DNA from: Dictyostelium discoideum
Taxonomy: Eukaryota
Assembly (NCBI GenBank): GCA_000004695.1
Contig: CM000150.2
Location: forward strand, 3,488,001-3,552,000
Length of the DNA: 64,000 nt
Direction of reading: 5' to 3'
Shown: positions 35,265 through 49,959 of the stretch, piece by piece
How the letters are laid out: each line of letters opens with the position of its first letter
Numbering within the stretch: position 1 is the first letter of the stretch
Position numbers and translations under genes: made by a program
The notes under the pieces: generated by a model
The model's database searches: none
What the model was told of the DNA's origin: nothing
The model's input: only the letters and a program-made list of their open reading frames with translations

Positions 35265-35694
35265 TTATAAAGTATATCCTCTACTTTGAAGAAATTTTGT
35301 TGCTTCATCAACTAAATCAACATCCATTTTATCAATTGTTTGAATATAAGATTTAGCTTCGTCGACTTCATTATCTTTGAAACCAAATAGTTTCAAAGTA
35401 TTTACAACTTCAATGATTAATTCATCTTTTCTTGAACGGAAATCTCCAGAGAGGAAAATGGATTCACCTTCTTTTGACATAATTCTATCCCAAATGATAT
35501 TGTTTTCTCTTTCATAACCTACATCTGATACTAAAATATGTAAATATCCATCATGTTTGGTCATGGTAGCAAAGTGATTGTTTCTAAAAAATACACATAG
35601 TTCATCTTCTTTTAAGTGTTCTTGGATTAATGACAAACCATAATCTGTTAATTGATTACTATTTGCGAAATCATTAACTTTTTATTTATTTATT

Positions 35695-35732
<38 letters not shown>

Positions 35733-36099
35733 ATAAAATAAAAGTGTTAGAATTAGTACTCTATTTTTTTATTATTAAATATTATTAATGAAACTATACT
35801 TTTTTGTTGTAACTCTGGTTTTGCATTTGGAAAACTTTGATCGAAAGTAACAATCTTTGGAACTAAATCGTTATAATTTAAGTGGCCAATAAGTTGCTTG
35901 ACCTCTTTTTGATTTGGATCTACAATCCAACCATGAACCAATTTAATATTTAAATAATCAAAAATTTGGCATGGTTCAGTCTTTTCAAATCCTTGAATAC
36001 TGTCAAAGTATATATTTACAATTAAACCCTTCTCTAAACTTGGTAAAACATTTTTATTATAATCTTCTAATATTTCTAATACATCTTGATTCTAAGGAA

Positions 36100-36152
<53 letters not shown>

Positions 36153-36185
36153 AAAAAAAAGTTAATATTTAAAGTTTAGTGATAA

Positions 36186-36224
<39 letters not shown>

Positions 36225-36869
36225 ATATACATACTTCTTTATAAAGGCTTTTAGCATGTTTCATAATTAAATCACCAAGTTTTTTAATTGTAACAAATTG
36301 AATATCAGGATCTAAATAAATTTTTTGAGAGAGTAATAAAACATTTGCAATTGAAATCAATGGACATGGTCCATTCTCATTTTGAAGGATAATTGAAACT
36401 TCTTTCTTAAGGTAAGTGATTCTCTTTACTCTATATCTATTTTCAGTTGGTCCAATTGGTTCGTCATCGATAAGTTGAACACTTAATTTAAATACCAATG
36501 ACTCGTAATCTTTGCCATTATCCCAATATGATGCACCTTCGTCACCTTCTATATGGAACCATAAATTATTTTCATAAACTCCAATCACTTTTTATTATTT
36601 TAATTATTTTAATTAAAAAAATAAAAAAATAAAAAAATAAAAAAATTAAAAGAAAAAAAAAAAAAAAAAAAAATGAAGTTAGTAATGACATAACATTTTT
36701 TAATAAACATTAACACTATAATAAAATTGATGTAATTACCTGTTCCAGCACCTTTTGGTGTCATTACTCTTGATCCTGCAAAAAAACCATACCTTTCACA
36801 TGAGGGTCTTGAAACATCAAAATCGATCAATTTTCCATCTTTTGATTTATATTGAAAAGTATCTGCCAT
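35265..36869 (-). CDS. MINDY-family (FAM63/DUF544) Lys48-specific deubiquitinase. Exons (minus): 36740..36869, 36235..36587, 35800..36091, 35265..35677.
   Basis: Catalytic motif QNENGPCPLISIANVLLL (MINDY QNGPCPL..N.L.L). Downstream LHILVSDVGYERENNIIWDRI ~ MINDY-1 LYLLVTDQGF..VVWE. Junctions are GTAATT/AAAAAG (phase 1), GTATGT/CCTTAG (phase 0) and GTATAG/AAAAAG (phase 1), all frame-consistent. An (AAAT)11 repeat sits in intron 2. Confidence 0.8.
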
Positions 36870-36946
36870 AATTTAATATATCTGTTTATTATTGTATTAA
36901 AAAGTTGTTGTTGTGTAGTGGTGGGGATGAGACAGGGGTTGTGTGG

Positions 36947-36979
<33 letters not shown>

Positions 36980-37132
36980 AAAAAAAAAAAAAAAAAAAAA
37001 ATAATAAATTTTTTAAAATAACAAATAAAAAAATAAAAAAAGTTGAATGAGTTTTCTCTAAATTTAAATTTGGTGATATATAAAGGGAATATTATTATTA
37101 TTAATCTTTATATTTTTGAGTATCCAATTTTG

Positions 37133-37179
<47 letters not shown>

Positions 37180-37817
37180 AAAAAATTAAAAAATTAAAAA
37201 ATTAAAAAAAAAAGTTTTTTTAAATTAAAAATTTAAAAAAAAAAATAAAATAAAAAAAAATTAAAAAAAAATTTTTGTCAACAAATTGAAACTATAATTT
37301 TAATAAAAAAAAAAAAAAAAATTGATATGGGTTATTAAAATCCAATTTTTAAAATTGATCCTGTTTGAGGAATAATTAAAAAATTGGAAGTTCACCAAAT
37401 TAATATGTCACAAATAGAAAAAATAAAAAATTAATAAAAAAAAAAAAATAAAATAAAAATAAAAATAAAAAAAATGGAAAAAAAAAAAAAAAAAATTTAA
37501 AATTTTTTTTTATTTTTTTTTTTTTTTTTTTTAATATTTTTGTCAACTTCATCAAAAAATTTTTTAAATTAAATTTTTTTTTTTTTTATTTTTTATTTTT
37601 TATTTTTTTTTTTTTTTCATAAAATATTTGTAGTTAATTAAATAACATATATAAATTTATTAAACTTAGATTAATTAGGTGTAATAGTTTATAATAGTAA
37701 CAATATATAAAAAATCACACTTGTAAATAATAATAATAAATAAATCAATCAATCAATCAATCAATCAAAAAACACTTTTAATATTTAAAAGTAGCACATA
37801 TATATATATACTCAAAA

Positions 37818-38079
37818 ATGTCGATTATGGCTTATAATGGTGGTGCTTGCATCGTAATGGTTGGAAAGAATTGTGTTGCAATTGCATCAGATTTAAGATT
37901 TGGTATTCAACAACAAACTATTTCAAATGATTTCCCAAAAGTTTATAGAATTAATGATAAATGTTTTGTTGGTATTTCTGGTTTAGTCACTGATGCACAA
38001 ACTTTGTATGTATTCAATAAATAATAAATAATAATAATAATAATAATAATAATAGTTTATTAAATGAATAAAATAACTA

Positions 38080-38124
<45 letters not shown>

Positions 38125-38839
38125 TATAATAATTATAATTATTATTATTTATTTTTTTATATATAGATATCAAAAACTTGTATTTAGACATAACTTATAT
38201 AAACTTAGAGAAGAGAGAGATATGTCACCAAGAGTTGTTTCAAATTTACTCACAAATATGTTATATGAAAAAAGATTTGGACCATACTTTACTGAACCTT
38301 TAATTTGTGGTTTGGAAGGTCCAGATAATACACCTTTCATTAGTGGTATGGATCTCATTGGTGCTAGCGTTGCAACTGATGATTTTTTAGTTGTTGGTAC
38401 TATGACTCCTGCAATGTATGGTGTTTGTGAAACTTTATACAAAAAAGATATGGTATGTTATTTTTTTATTTTTTTATTTTATTCTCAAAAATAAAATTCA
38501 ATAATGTATCGCGCGAGATTAAACTAACAATCATCATTTTTTTTATTTTATTTTTTTTATTTTTAGAATGAAGATGATCTTTTTGAAACTATTTCACAAT
38601 GTATGTTAGCAAGTTTAGATAGAGATGCTCTTTCTGGTTGGGGTGCCATTGTTCATGTAATGTAAAGTATTTTAGTTTATTAAATTATATTTTGTTTATT
38701 CTTATGTTGCCATTGCTTAAACCAATATTAATTATTTTTATTTTTTTATTTATTCTATTTTATAAAAAAAAAAAAAAAAAAAAAAAAAAGTACTCCAACT
38801 CAAGTTATCACAAAGAAATTATTAGGTCGTCAAGATTAA
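37818..38839 (+). CDS. psmB3: 20S proteasome subunit beta type-3. Exons: 37818..38005, 38167..38452, 38567..38661, 38791..38839. 205 aa.
   Basis: [33 protein letters not shown].. is ~65% identical to human PSMB3 [54 protein letters not shown] and DLFETISQ are conserved. The C-terminus [20 protein letters not shown] ~ [20 protein letters not shown]. All four junctions are GT..AG with consistent phases. Confidence 0.9.
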
Positions 38840-39141
38840 ACAAAACAAATACTAAAAATAAAAATAAAAAGAATAAAAAAAAAATTAAAAAATAAAAAAA
38901 AAAAATAAAAAAAAAAAATTTATTTTTAAAATACAAAAAAAAAAAAAAAAAAAAAAAAAACAAAACAAAAAAGAAATGATTGAGTCTACAAACACATACA
39001 CCCTTTGAAATAATTTTTCATACTTTTTTTTTGTAATTTTATTTTATTTTATTTTATTTTTTTTTCTATTGATTTTTCAACACACCAAATTTTTTTTTTT
39101 TTTTTTTTATTACACACAATAAACAAGCTTAACAAATAAAA

Positions 39142-40263
<1,122 letters not shown>

Positions 40264-40358
40264 AAATAAAAAAAAATAAATAAAAAAAATAAAAAAAATA
40301 AAAAATTAAAAGTAATTTATTTAATTATTGTTTATAATAATGATTAATTAAAATATTA

Positions 40359-41764
40359 TTATTTTTTTAATTTGAATGTGATTTTAGGTTTATCGTTTCT
40401 ATTACCACTGCTATTCGGATTTGTGCTAGTTGTTGTATTATTATTGTTATTATTGTCGTTGCTACTATTTTGTTTTAAAACTTTATTTACAGATGTGGTT
40501 GTTGTTGTTGTTGTTGTTGATGATGTGTGATCAACAGTTGAATTTTGTTTCATTGTATCATATAATTCTTTAAATATTGTTGGATTCTTTTCTTCCAAAG
40601 CTATCATTTTCTGTTCAATTAATTTAACACGTTGGTAGATGTCAATGGGTACGGGTGGTACAACCAATTTTAAATGATTCTCTAATATTGATAATCTATC
40701 ATCAATGAAGGGCTGCTGAATGGTAGATGATGAAATATTATCCAATGGGCCCGTTAAATTATAGGTTTTGGTTATTTTCATTTTAGATGGTGGGACAGCT
40801 GAACATCTTGATGTGTTATTATTATTATTTGCATCACTACTGCCACTGCTATTATTATTACTACCAGCAGCATTAACACCATTACTACTATTTTCAGAAT
40901 CATCAATAAATTCAACGATATTGTATTTACCATTTTCTAACTTCTTTGAGGTGGTAAATGTTTTAACACGTTTTTCAATATCTTCTTTTGGTGCTGTAAC
41001 TTGAACTATCTCGCTATGTATTGTAGGTATATCGAATTTAGGTTCCTCTAATACCTTTTTAAACCTTTTTATTCTATATGCATCTTTATTATTTTTATTA
41101 TTTACAATACTATCTTTTGAATTAATTTTATGATATAGCGACTTTTTTTTTTTTTTAAAAAAAAAATTAAGTATTAATAATATAATTATTTATTTGGATT
41201 ATTTATTTATTTAACTATTTTACATACAACTGTTTCTGATAAAAATGTTTGTGTATTTTTTACATATTCATTATCAATATTTAAAGTTTGATTTATTGAT
41301 ATGGTTTTATTATTACTATTGTTTTTGCTTTCTTTATTATTTTTATCATCAATTTGATTTGAAATAATTAAATTTATGTCTTCATTTAAAAGTTGAATTA
41401 ATTCTTTATTTACATTTATCTAAAAAAAATTGAGAAATGGAATAAAAAATTAAAATAAAAATTTAAAAAAAAAAAAATGAAAAAAAAAAAATTAAAATTA
41501 ATTTTTAGTTTTTGTGAAATTTCTAAAATCGGAAAAAAAAAAAATAAAATAAAAAAATGAAATAAAAAAAAAAAAACTTACTCTATTTAGATATTTAATT
41601 AATGAATCTTTTTGTGATAATAATAGTGATAGTTTAATTTCTTTATTTAATTGAACTTCTGTAAGAAATGCTTCGCTATTTTTGGGTGCAATAGGTGGGT
41701 CAACTATATCAATATCAACATCTATATCATCTTCATCTTCAAAATATTCATCATCACTTCCCAT
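40359..41764 (-). CDS. Acidic/Ser-Thr-Asn-rich hypothetical protein (~377 aa). Exons (minus): 41582..41764, 41224..41419 (or 41228..41419), 40359..41113.
   Basis: Exon 1 MGSDDEYFEDEDDIDVDIDIVDPP...LIKYLNR ends at a GTAAGT donor. Exon 2 INVNKELIQLLNEDINLIISNQ...FLSETVV. Exon 3 ..KRFKKVLEEPKFDIPTIHSEIVQ...PPSKMKITKTYNLTGPLDN...LSILENHLKLVVPPVPIDIYQRVKLIEQKMIALEEKNPTIFK. The exon2/3 phase requires the GTAAAA donor (phase 1). No family assigned. Confidence 0.45.
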
Positions 41765-42129
41765 TATTTTATTATTATTTAAATGTAGAAACCTTTTTTT
41801 AATTTTTTGTGTGTTGAAATAAAATGAAAAATGAAAAAATAAAAAAAATAAAAAAAAAATAAAAAAATTAAAAAAAATAAAAAATAAAAAAAATAAAAAA
41901 TAAAAATAAAAAATATAAATATTATTAAATATTTTAATAATAAAAGAGTCTGAAAATATCTTATTTTTATTTTTTATTTTTATTATTATTATTTATTTTT
42001 TTATTACTATAATTATAAAAAAAAAAAAAAAAATTTCTTTTTATTTTTCTCTTTTCTTAACACTTTTGAACCTGACCATTTTTATTTTTAATTTTTTTTT
42101 TTTTTTTTTTTTTTTCAATTTTTTTTTTT

Positions 42130-42169
<40 letters not shown>

Positions 42170-42458
42170 AATTTTTCAAAATTTTATAGATTTTTTTTTT
42201 TATTTAAAAAAATAACAACAAAACTTAACTAATACTCTTTTTTTTTTTGGGTTTGTTTTGTATTCGTGTTTTTTTAAACCCTTTTTTTCCTTTTTGTTTT
42301 TTTTTTTTTATATTATATATATATATATTATTTATATATTCCAAATTTCGGATTGCGTTAATTATTCTAAAATAACAGCCAATCCTCATCTTCTCAAATC
42401 TATCATTTTAGATCTAACTCCCAACATACAATTTTAAAAAAAACATTAAACAATCAAA

Positions 42459-42907
42459 ATGCAATCACTCCAACAACAACAACAACAACAATTCAATCAA
42501 CTCGGTGGTTTCACTGTTTTCGTTGGCCATATTCCATCTTCAATGAATGAAGAAGGTGTCTCTCAAATCTTTAATAAATTTGGTAATATCCTCGATATTA
42601 CTATAATTAAAGATAAAAGAACAAATGTCTCAAAAGGTAATTATACACAACATCACATCATTTTTTAAAAAAAAACATTCCTTTAAAAAAAAAAAAAAAA
42701 AAAAAACATTCCTTAAAAAAAAAAAAAAAAAAAAAAACACCACACCACACAAACCATATTATTACTTTTCCAAATTTAAAAGGGGGGTTTATTTTCATAT
42801 TATGAAATTTTATCTCTAACAATATATTTTTTATTATTATTATTTTTATTTTTTTTTTACTAATAATTCAAATTAATTTGTATGTTCACGTAATTTCTTC
42901 CTTTTTT

Positions 42908-42956
<49 letters not shown>

Positions 42957-43772
42957 ATAACAGGTTGCGCTTTTATTACATTCTCAACTAAAGAAGAAGC
43001 TGATAATGCATTAAATACCACAAACGAAAGTGGAACTTTCCTCGAAAATGTAAGTTTATACTTTTTTTTTTTTTTTTTTTTTTTTAATTTTTTTTTTAAA
43101 AAACTAAATTAAATTTATACTTATAAAAAATGTTTATTATTATCTTTTATTTATTTATTTTTTAGATGAATAAACCATTACAAGTTAAATATTCAGATAA
43201 TGAAATTGAAAAGATGGAAAGAAAATTATTCATTGGTATGTTAGGTACCTCCGATGAAGATCAAATTCGTATTTTGTTTGGAAACTATGGTATTATTGAA
43301 GATTTGAACATTGTTAGAGAAAAGGATGGTAAACCAAAGGGTTATGGTTTCATTAAATACTCAACCAGAGATGAATCTGAAAATGCCTTAAGAGAAATCG
43401 ATGGTAAACATACTCTTCCAGGTTCAAATCTTCCAATCATCGTTAAATTCGCCGATACTGAAAGACAAAAGAGAAAGAAGTTACTCGGTAATCAACAACC
43501 ACCACAAAACCCTTTCAATTTCTATCAACAAAATCAACAACAACAACAACAACAGCAACAACAACAACAACAACAAAATCAATACCAACCATTCTTCTAT
43601 GGTCAAAACTCTCAAATGTCACAAGCTATGGGTAATAATGGTTATCGTGGTTATCAACAACAACCAAATGTTAATTTTGGTATGATGCAAGGTAACCAAG
43701 CTTTTGATTGTATGTAATTTAAATATTTTATTTATTTTTATAATATTTTTTATTTTATTTAATTAATTAATG

Positions 43773-43803
<31 letters not shown>

Positions 43804-44109
43804 AATTTAGATAATCAACAACAACAACAACAGCAACAACAACAACAACCAAACGAATCAAATGATTTATTCATTTATTACCTCCCATTCACTTATGGTG
43901 ATGAAGAATTAAAACAACTTTTTGCTCCATATGGTAATGTAATAAGCTCAAAAGTTTTCATTGATAAAAATACTCAACAATCTAAATGTTTTGGTTTTGT
44001 ATCTTATGATAACACTCAATCAGCCATTGCTGCAATTCAAGAATTAAATGGTCGTGCTATCGAAGGTAAAAAACTCAAGGTTAATTTCAAGAGAGAAAAA
44101 CAATTTTAA
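42459..44109 (+). CDS. CELF/Bruno-like (CUGBP Elav-like family) RNA-binding protein with three RRMs. Exons: 42459..42636, 42964..43049, 43166..43709, 43811..44109.
   Basis: RRM1 [40 protein letters not shown]|[16 protein letters not shown], split by a GTAATT...ACAG intron that restores the SKGCAF signature. RRM2 [84 protein letters not shown]-rich linker. RRM3 [63 protein letters not shown]. Confidence 0.85.
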
Positions 44110-44424
44110 GTTAAAATAATAATAATAAAAAAAATAAAAAAATAAAAAAAAAAATAATAAAATTACAAAAAAAAAAAAATAAAAAAAAAAAATAAAAAAA
44201 AAGAAATAATTTTTTTAAAACTAAACAAATACCAACAAATACATACACCATAAAATAATAATAAAAAAAAAAAAAAAATAAAAAAGAATTAAAAAAAAAA
44301 AAATCCTTTTTATATAATATAGTCTTAATGTATTATTAAATAACCAAATAAAAATAATAAAAATAAAAATGATAATAATAAAATAAAAAAATTAAATAAT
44401 TAAATAAATAATTTAATAAACTGG

Positions 44425-44457
<33 letters not shown>

Positions 44458-44827
44458 ATATTTTTCAAAAAGTGTGTGTGCAATTATGATTTTCCAGAAA
44501 AATTAAATCTAAAAATAATTTTGATTAGACAGTTTTTTCTAATAAAAAACAGTGTTTTGGTAAATATGTTGTATGAAATGTTTAATTATTATAATTAATT
44601 GTTTTTTTTATTTTTTTATTTATAATAATCAATTATTTGAAAATGGTCTCGTGGTGATGGTAGAAGTAGCAAAGTGTTTGATTTGAGATTTGTTGATTAA
44701 AAATGATCAGTTGGAGAGCTATATTGTCATTAGTTTATTTCAAATTTTTTTTTTTTTTTTTTTTTTCCTAAAAAAAATATACATTATTGTAAATTGTGCA
44801 TGTCCTATTTTATTTTTTTTTTTTTTT

Positions 44828-44858
<31 letters not shown>

Positions 44859-45171
44859 TTTTTTTTTTTTTTTTTTTTTGTAATATTTTAATTTGAAGAT
44901 TTCAATTTAATAGATTTCATTTAGATTTCTTTAATGTATTGTTTAATATTAATTAGTTTTTTTTTTTTTTTTTTTTTTTTGGACCTTTTTCAAATTAATT
45001 ATTTTTCAGACTCATAATCTAATCGGTTAGACTTTTTTTTTTTTTTTTTTCAAAATAATTATCATTTCTATTAATTCAAATAATTTTAAATTTAGGTTTT
45101 TAATAATTATTCAATTTTAATTATAATTTAATATTTAAAATTAATTTAAATTTAAATAAATTAAATTGTTT

Positions 45172-45231
<60 letters not shown>

Positions 45232-46264
45232 CAAACTGACAGTTTCCAAAAATAAAATCCTAACTGTAAAATTAGTAATATGAAAAGACGAAAAAAAAGG
45301 GAAGAGAATATATTCGAATGTCTGAGAATGAAAAAAAAATAAAAAAAAATAAAATAAATTAAAAATAAAATAAAATGAAAAAAAACTAACTTCTCTTTAG
45401 TTTAATATATATTGGAAATGTACACACACAATATTTTAAAGAGATTAGTTAAATTAAAAAAAAATATGAAAAACCATAGATTTTACTTTTTTGAAATTTG
45501 ATATGTAACTGCTTGCTTTGCTGTTTCAATTATCTTAATAATCTTTTATGTGCAGGGCATCTGAAAATTAATTTTAAAATAAAATTACTTTTACTAACAA
45601 TCAAAACATATCACAACAGTACTTTTTTTTAAAACGTTTTATTTAAACAATTTATTTTATTTTTATTTTTATTATTTTTATTATTTTTATTATTTTTTTT
45701 TTTTTTTTAAAAAATAAAAAAATAAAACTATAAAATAAAAAAAAAAAAAAAAAATATATTTTATTATTATTTCATTATTTTTATTATCTCTCTCTTTCTC
45801 TCTTTTTTATATTTTTTTTATTTTTATTAATTAATATTAACATTATAAAAACACACTTGTATATATATTATTTGTTTATTTAAAATTAATAATTAAATAA
45901 ATTATTTAAAAAAAAAAAAAAAAAAAAAGCTTTTTTGATTTTTTTTTTTTTTTTTTTTTTTTTCGTTGTGTTTTTTTGTGTTCAGTATCTAATTTTGTAA
46001 TATTTATTATTTTTCCAAAAACCCACACTTTCTACATGTTATAAAATTAGAATATATTGGTTAATCAATTGTAAAATTACTTTTAAAAACAATGGTTTTT
46101 ATTTTTTCATACTTTAATTATTTTTGTGTAAGTTTTTTTTTTTTTTTATATATTTTTTTAATTAAAAAAAAAAAAAATAAAAAAAAAAAATTAAAAGATC
46201 TAAAATAAAAATAATAAAATTAAAAATAAAATAAAAAAATAAAAAAAAATAAAAAATTAAAAAT

Positions 46265-46320
46265 AAAATCTATTTTTAAAAATAAATTCTATTTTTAAAA
46301 ATAAATTCTATTTTTAAAAT
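46265..46320. repeat. About 3 tandem copies of a ~22-bp unit (aaaataaattctatttttaa), ~150 bp upstream of the G8-protein start
   Basis: Seen directly: ..aaaataaaatctatttttaaaaataaattctatttttaaaaataaattctatttttaaaat.. Confidence 0.6.
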
Positions 46321-46467
46321 TAAAAAATAATTTAAAATATTAATCTAATATATATATATATATTTTTTTTTTTTAAAAAATTTTATTATTTTTTTTATTT
46401 TTTAATATAGATTAATTATAGGCTCTTTTTAAAAGAAAGAGATAACAAAAGAAGATATTATTTTAGA

Positions 46468-49400
46468 ATGAAAAATTTAATATTAATATTTTTTATTTTT
46501 TTATTTATTTCAAATGGTAAGTTTTTTTTTATTTTTTTTATTTTTAGAATTAAAAATTAACTATTATTATTCATTTCTTTTATTTTTTTTTTTTTTTTTT
46601 CCAATTTCCAATTTTTTCAATTATTTTTTAATTAACACTTTTTTTTTTTTTTTTTTTTTTTTCTTATTCTTTAAAAATAAAAAGTATATTCATATGTATC
46701 AACATGTAATGGACCTGATTCATATACAGCAAATTTAAAACCATGGAGTTATGGAAGTAGTTGGATTTCAGGTAAAATTCCAGTAACTGGAGATAAAGTA
46801 GAAATTCCATCAGGATATAGTATATTATTAGATGTATCAACACCAAGATTAACCCAAATTTGGATTCAAAGTGGTGGTCAATTAGTTATTAGTTCAAAAC
46901 ATGGACCATTGGAAATTATAACCGATGGTATATTAATTGAAGGTAGAATGGATGTTGGTGATGAAAATTGTAAATTTAATGAATCATTTACAGTTACACT
47001 TACTGGTATTGAAGGACAAGGATATATTGAAAAAAAGAGTGATATGCTCCAAAAGTATATTGGTGTTTTACCAGGTGGTTCATTGGAAGTTCATGGTTAT
47101 CTTAGTTATCCAATTCCAACATGGACTAAATTAAATAAAACAATCACTGGTGGAAGTACAATGATTATTAATGTTGCCGATGACGTTAGTATGTGGCCAG
47201 TTGGCTCAACAATTGTATTGGGTAGTACCGATTTTGATATGTACCAATCTGAAGAGGTTATAACTCTTTCATGTCCAGAATGTTCGGCTTATCAATTGAA
47301 AATCAATGGTTCAAAATATTATCATTTTGGTGCAATCACTTTTGGCGTCGATGAAAGGGCCGAAGTGGGTCTATTAACTAAAAATATTGTAGTACGTGGT
47401 GAAATGCAGCCAACTTGTAACGGTTCAAGAATTTGCGATTATTTCAATTTCGATGGGTTTGGTGGACATATTAAATTTGTTAAAGGCTTTGCAAATGGTC
47501 ATCTCGAGGGTATGGAAGTCTACAATATGGGTCAAACCTATAATGTTGGTTATTATCCAATTCATTTTCATATGTGTGGTGATGTAGATACAGGTTCCTA
47601 TGCAAATTGGCCAAGCTATGTAAAAGATGTTTCAATTCATCATACAAAGTCAAGATGTTTAACAATTCATGGTACAAGTGGTTTGGTTGTAGTGAATAAC
47701 TTTGCCTATGATCATTATGGACATTGTTATTTCTTTGAGGACGGTAGTGAACAAAGAAATTATTTAGATTCAAATGTTGGTTTAGTAACTCGTTATGGTT
47801 ACCTTTTACCATCAGATAGAGATGGAGATGTTTGTATCTTTGCCAATCCAACCGATTACAATGGAAATGCAATTGATATTGGAACATGTCAAGCGGTGGC
47901 CACTTTTTGGATTACAAACCCAAATAATTATTTAAAGAATAACGTTGCTGGTGGTTCTGCAAATACTGGTTTTTGGTTCCTTTTCCCCGAGGCAGTAAGT
48001 GGCATTTCATCTTATATTTCCGCTTATGACAATGTTTATCCACCATATATTCCAATTGGTAGTTTTGTAAATAACAAGGCCCATTCAAATGTTTTGCAAG
48101 GAATGAACATTGATCAATCTCATCAGATTCAACAACAAAGTGCAGATTATCCAAATCCTCATCTTTCAATGACCTATGGTCGTTATAAACCAAGAGTTGA
48201 CCCAACCAATCCATCTTCAGCACGTGCAACCTCTTTGATTTATCAATTTACAGCTTATAAAAATAAATGGAGAGGTTTATGGGCTAGAGGAGGTGATCTT
48301 GTTTTCCATTCATGTATTTTCTCAGAGAATGCAATCGGTGCAACTTTAGCAGCAGAGGGTGTAATGCAAGCAGATATGGGTTCAACTCAACAATGTATTG
48401 GTTGTACTTTTATTTTGGAAACAGAGAATGTTGGTCAAGCAACAAATGGTTTAAATACCTATGGTGGTGTTACACTTCCAGCCTACTATCAATTCAGTCA
48501 AAGAGGTATTGAAATTTATGATGGTCCTGTTATACTTCAATATTGTACCTTTATTGGATTCAATACCGATGGATCAAGAAATACAAGTGCAATTGGTTGG
48601 TTCCTTTATGATGATTGGATTTTCTCTACCACAAATCAATTGATTGGTTCAACTTTTATTAATTCAAATCTACGTGTATTAAATATACCATCCAATTATG
48701 ATGGTGCTAAACAACAAATTTTCCTTGATGCCGATGGTTCAGTCACTGGTACCAAGAATTCCTATGTTGTCCCAAGTGTTCCATACTTTTATTCAAGTAA
48801 AAGTGTTATAAATACCGCATGGAATATGTCAATCTCCACAGAGAAATTTGCATCACTCTATGTCTATAATAAAGATGTCGCAGGTAGTAATATACCAGAT
48901 TCAGCAGGAATTATCATGGTAAGAGATGAATATTCATATTATCGTCATATCCTTCAAGGCGTACCAAATGGATCACCAAGAAATACATTTTTACCAACAG
49001 TTATGCTTGGAAAGAGTTATACAATGCATTTCCCACATGCAACACCACCACATCTTCAAGTTCAATTAACAAATTTCGATCAAAGTGATCAAGTTATCGT
49101 TGGTATTTGTTATCCAACTTGGGGTGTCACTTTTGAAATCACTAAAAATGTTATTATCAACAATTGGAATGCTGTCGTTGAATCAGTGAAAATGGTTGAC
49201 TCATTGGATCAAGTTAAAAATGACACCAAAGGTTTATCAGCATACTATGATTCAGTGACAGGTTTATTATTCTTAAATGCAATTCAAGAAAGAACTCGTC
49301 AATGGAATTATTTTTGTCCAGATGTTGGTTGTGAAACTTTTGATATCCAAATAACTGGTTTGGGTGTAAACACAAATACTGGTTATTGTTCAAGCTCTTA

Positions 49401-49639
49401 TCCAAAATATTCCAAACTATCATTGGCAACAAGAGGTGGTTGTAATGGTGATCCAAATTTAGTATATGATATATGTGGCGTTTGTGGTGGTGATGGTTCA
49501 ACTTGCGGTGCTACCACAAATAAATTGGTAAATGAATTGGGTTTATCAAATTCAAATTCTGCAATTTCAATTAATTTATTACCATTTAATTTTATTTCAA
49601 TAACATTTTTAATTTTTTCAATAATAATAATTTTATTAT

Positions 49640-49641
<2 letters not shown>
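46468..49641 (+). CDS. Secreted G8-domain / right-handed beta-helix protein of the CEMIP (KIAA1199)/TMEM2 family, with a C-terminal hydrophobic tail. Exons: 46468..46516, 46685..49641. About 1002 aa.
   Basis: Exon 1 is the signal peptide MKNLILIFFIFLFISN + G with a GTAAGT donor. Exon 2 opens with a G8 domain (KPWSYGSSWISGKIPVTGDKVEIPSGYSILLDVSTPRLTQIWIQSGGQLVISS), followed by PbH1-like GxxxxxN repeats and conserved Cys pairs. It ends ..LLPFNFISITFLIFSIIIILL*. The track ORF 46909 starts at a TTG inside exon 2. Confidence 0.75.
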
Positions 49642-49670
<29 letters not shown>

Positions 49671-49790
49671 TTATATAAATAAATTAATAAATAAAAATAT
49701 ATTTAATATATTTTATTTATAATTTAAAAAAAAAAAATGTTTTGTTTTGTTTTATTTTTAGGTGCCAATTTTTGTTCTAAAATTAAATTT

Positions 49791-49828
<38 letters not shown>

Positions 49829-49959
49829 CAAAAAATTTCATAAATGAAAAATTGTTTCGTTATTTTCTCATATTTATTTTTTTTTTTTTTTTAACTTTAA
49901 ATAAAAAATAAATATCTTTTTTTTTTTTTTTTTTTTTTTAACTTTATATATAAAAAATA

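Noticed and set aside
44995-45045. tRNA-like anticodon-loop fragment (cagaCTCATAAtctaatcggttagac) and a general tRNA search
   Set aside because: Only a small hairpin is present (tctaa/ttaga). There is no D-arm and no GTTCGAATC-type T-loop. I found no B-box T-loop consensus anywhere in the intergenic regions, so no tRNA gene is supported.
45570-45640. U5 snRNA candidate based on CTTTTACTAAC resembling the U5 loop-1 CUUUUACUAAAG
   Set aside because: The flanks cannot form the required stem Ic, and there is no Sm site or 3' stem-loop arrangement. The match is partial and probably chance in AT-rich DNA.
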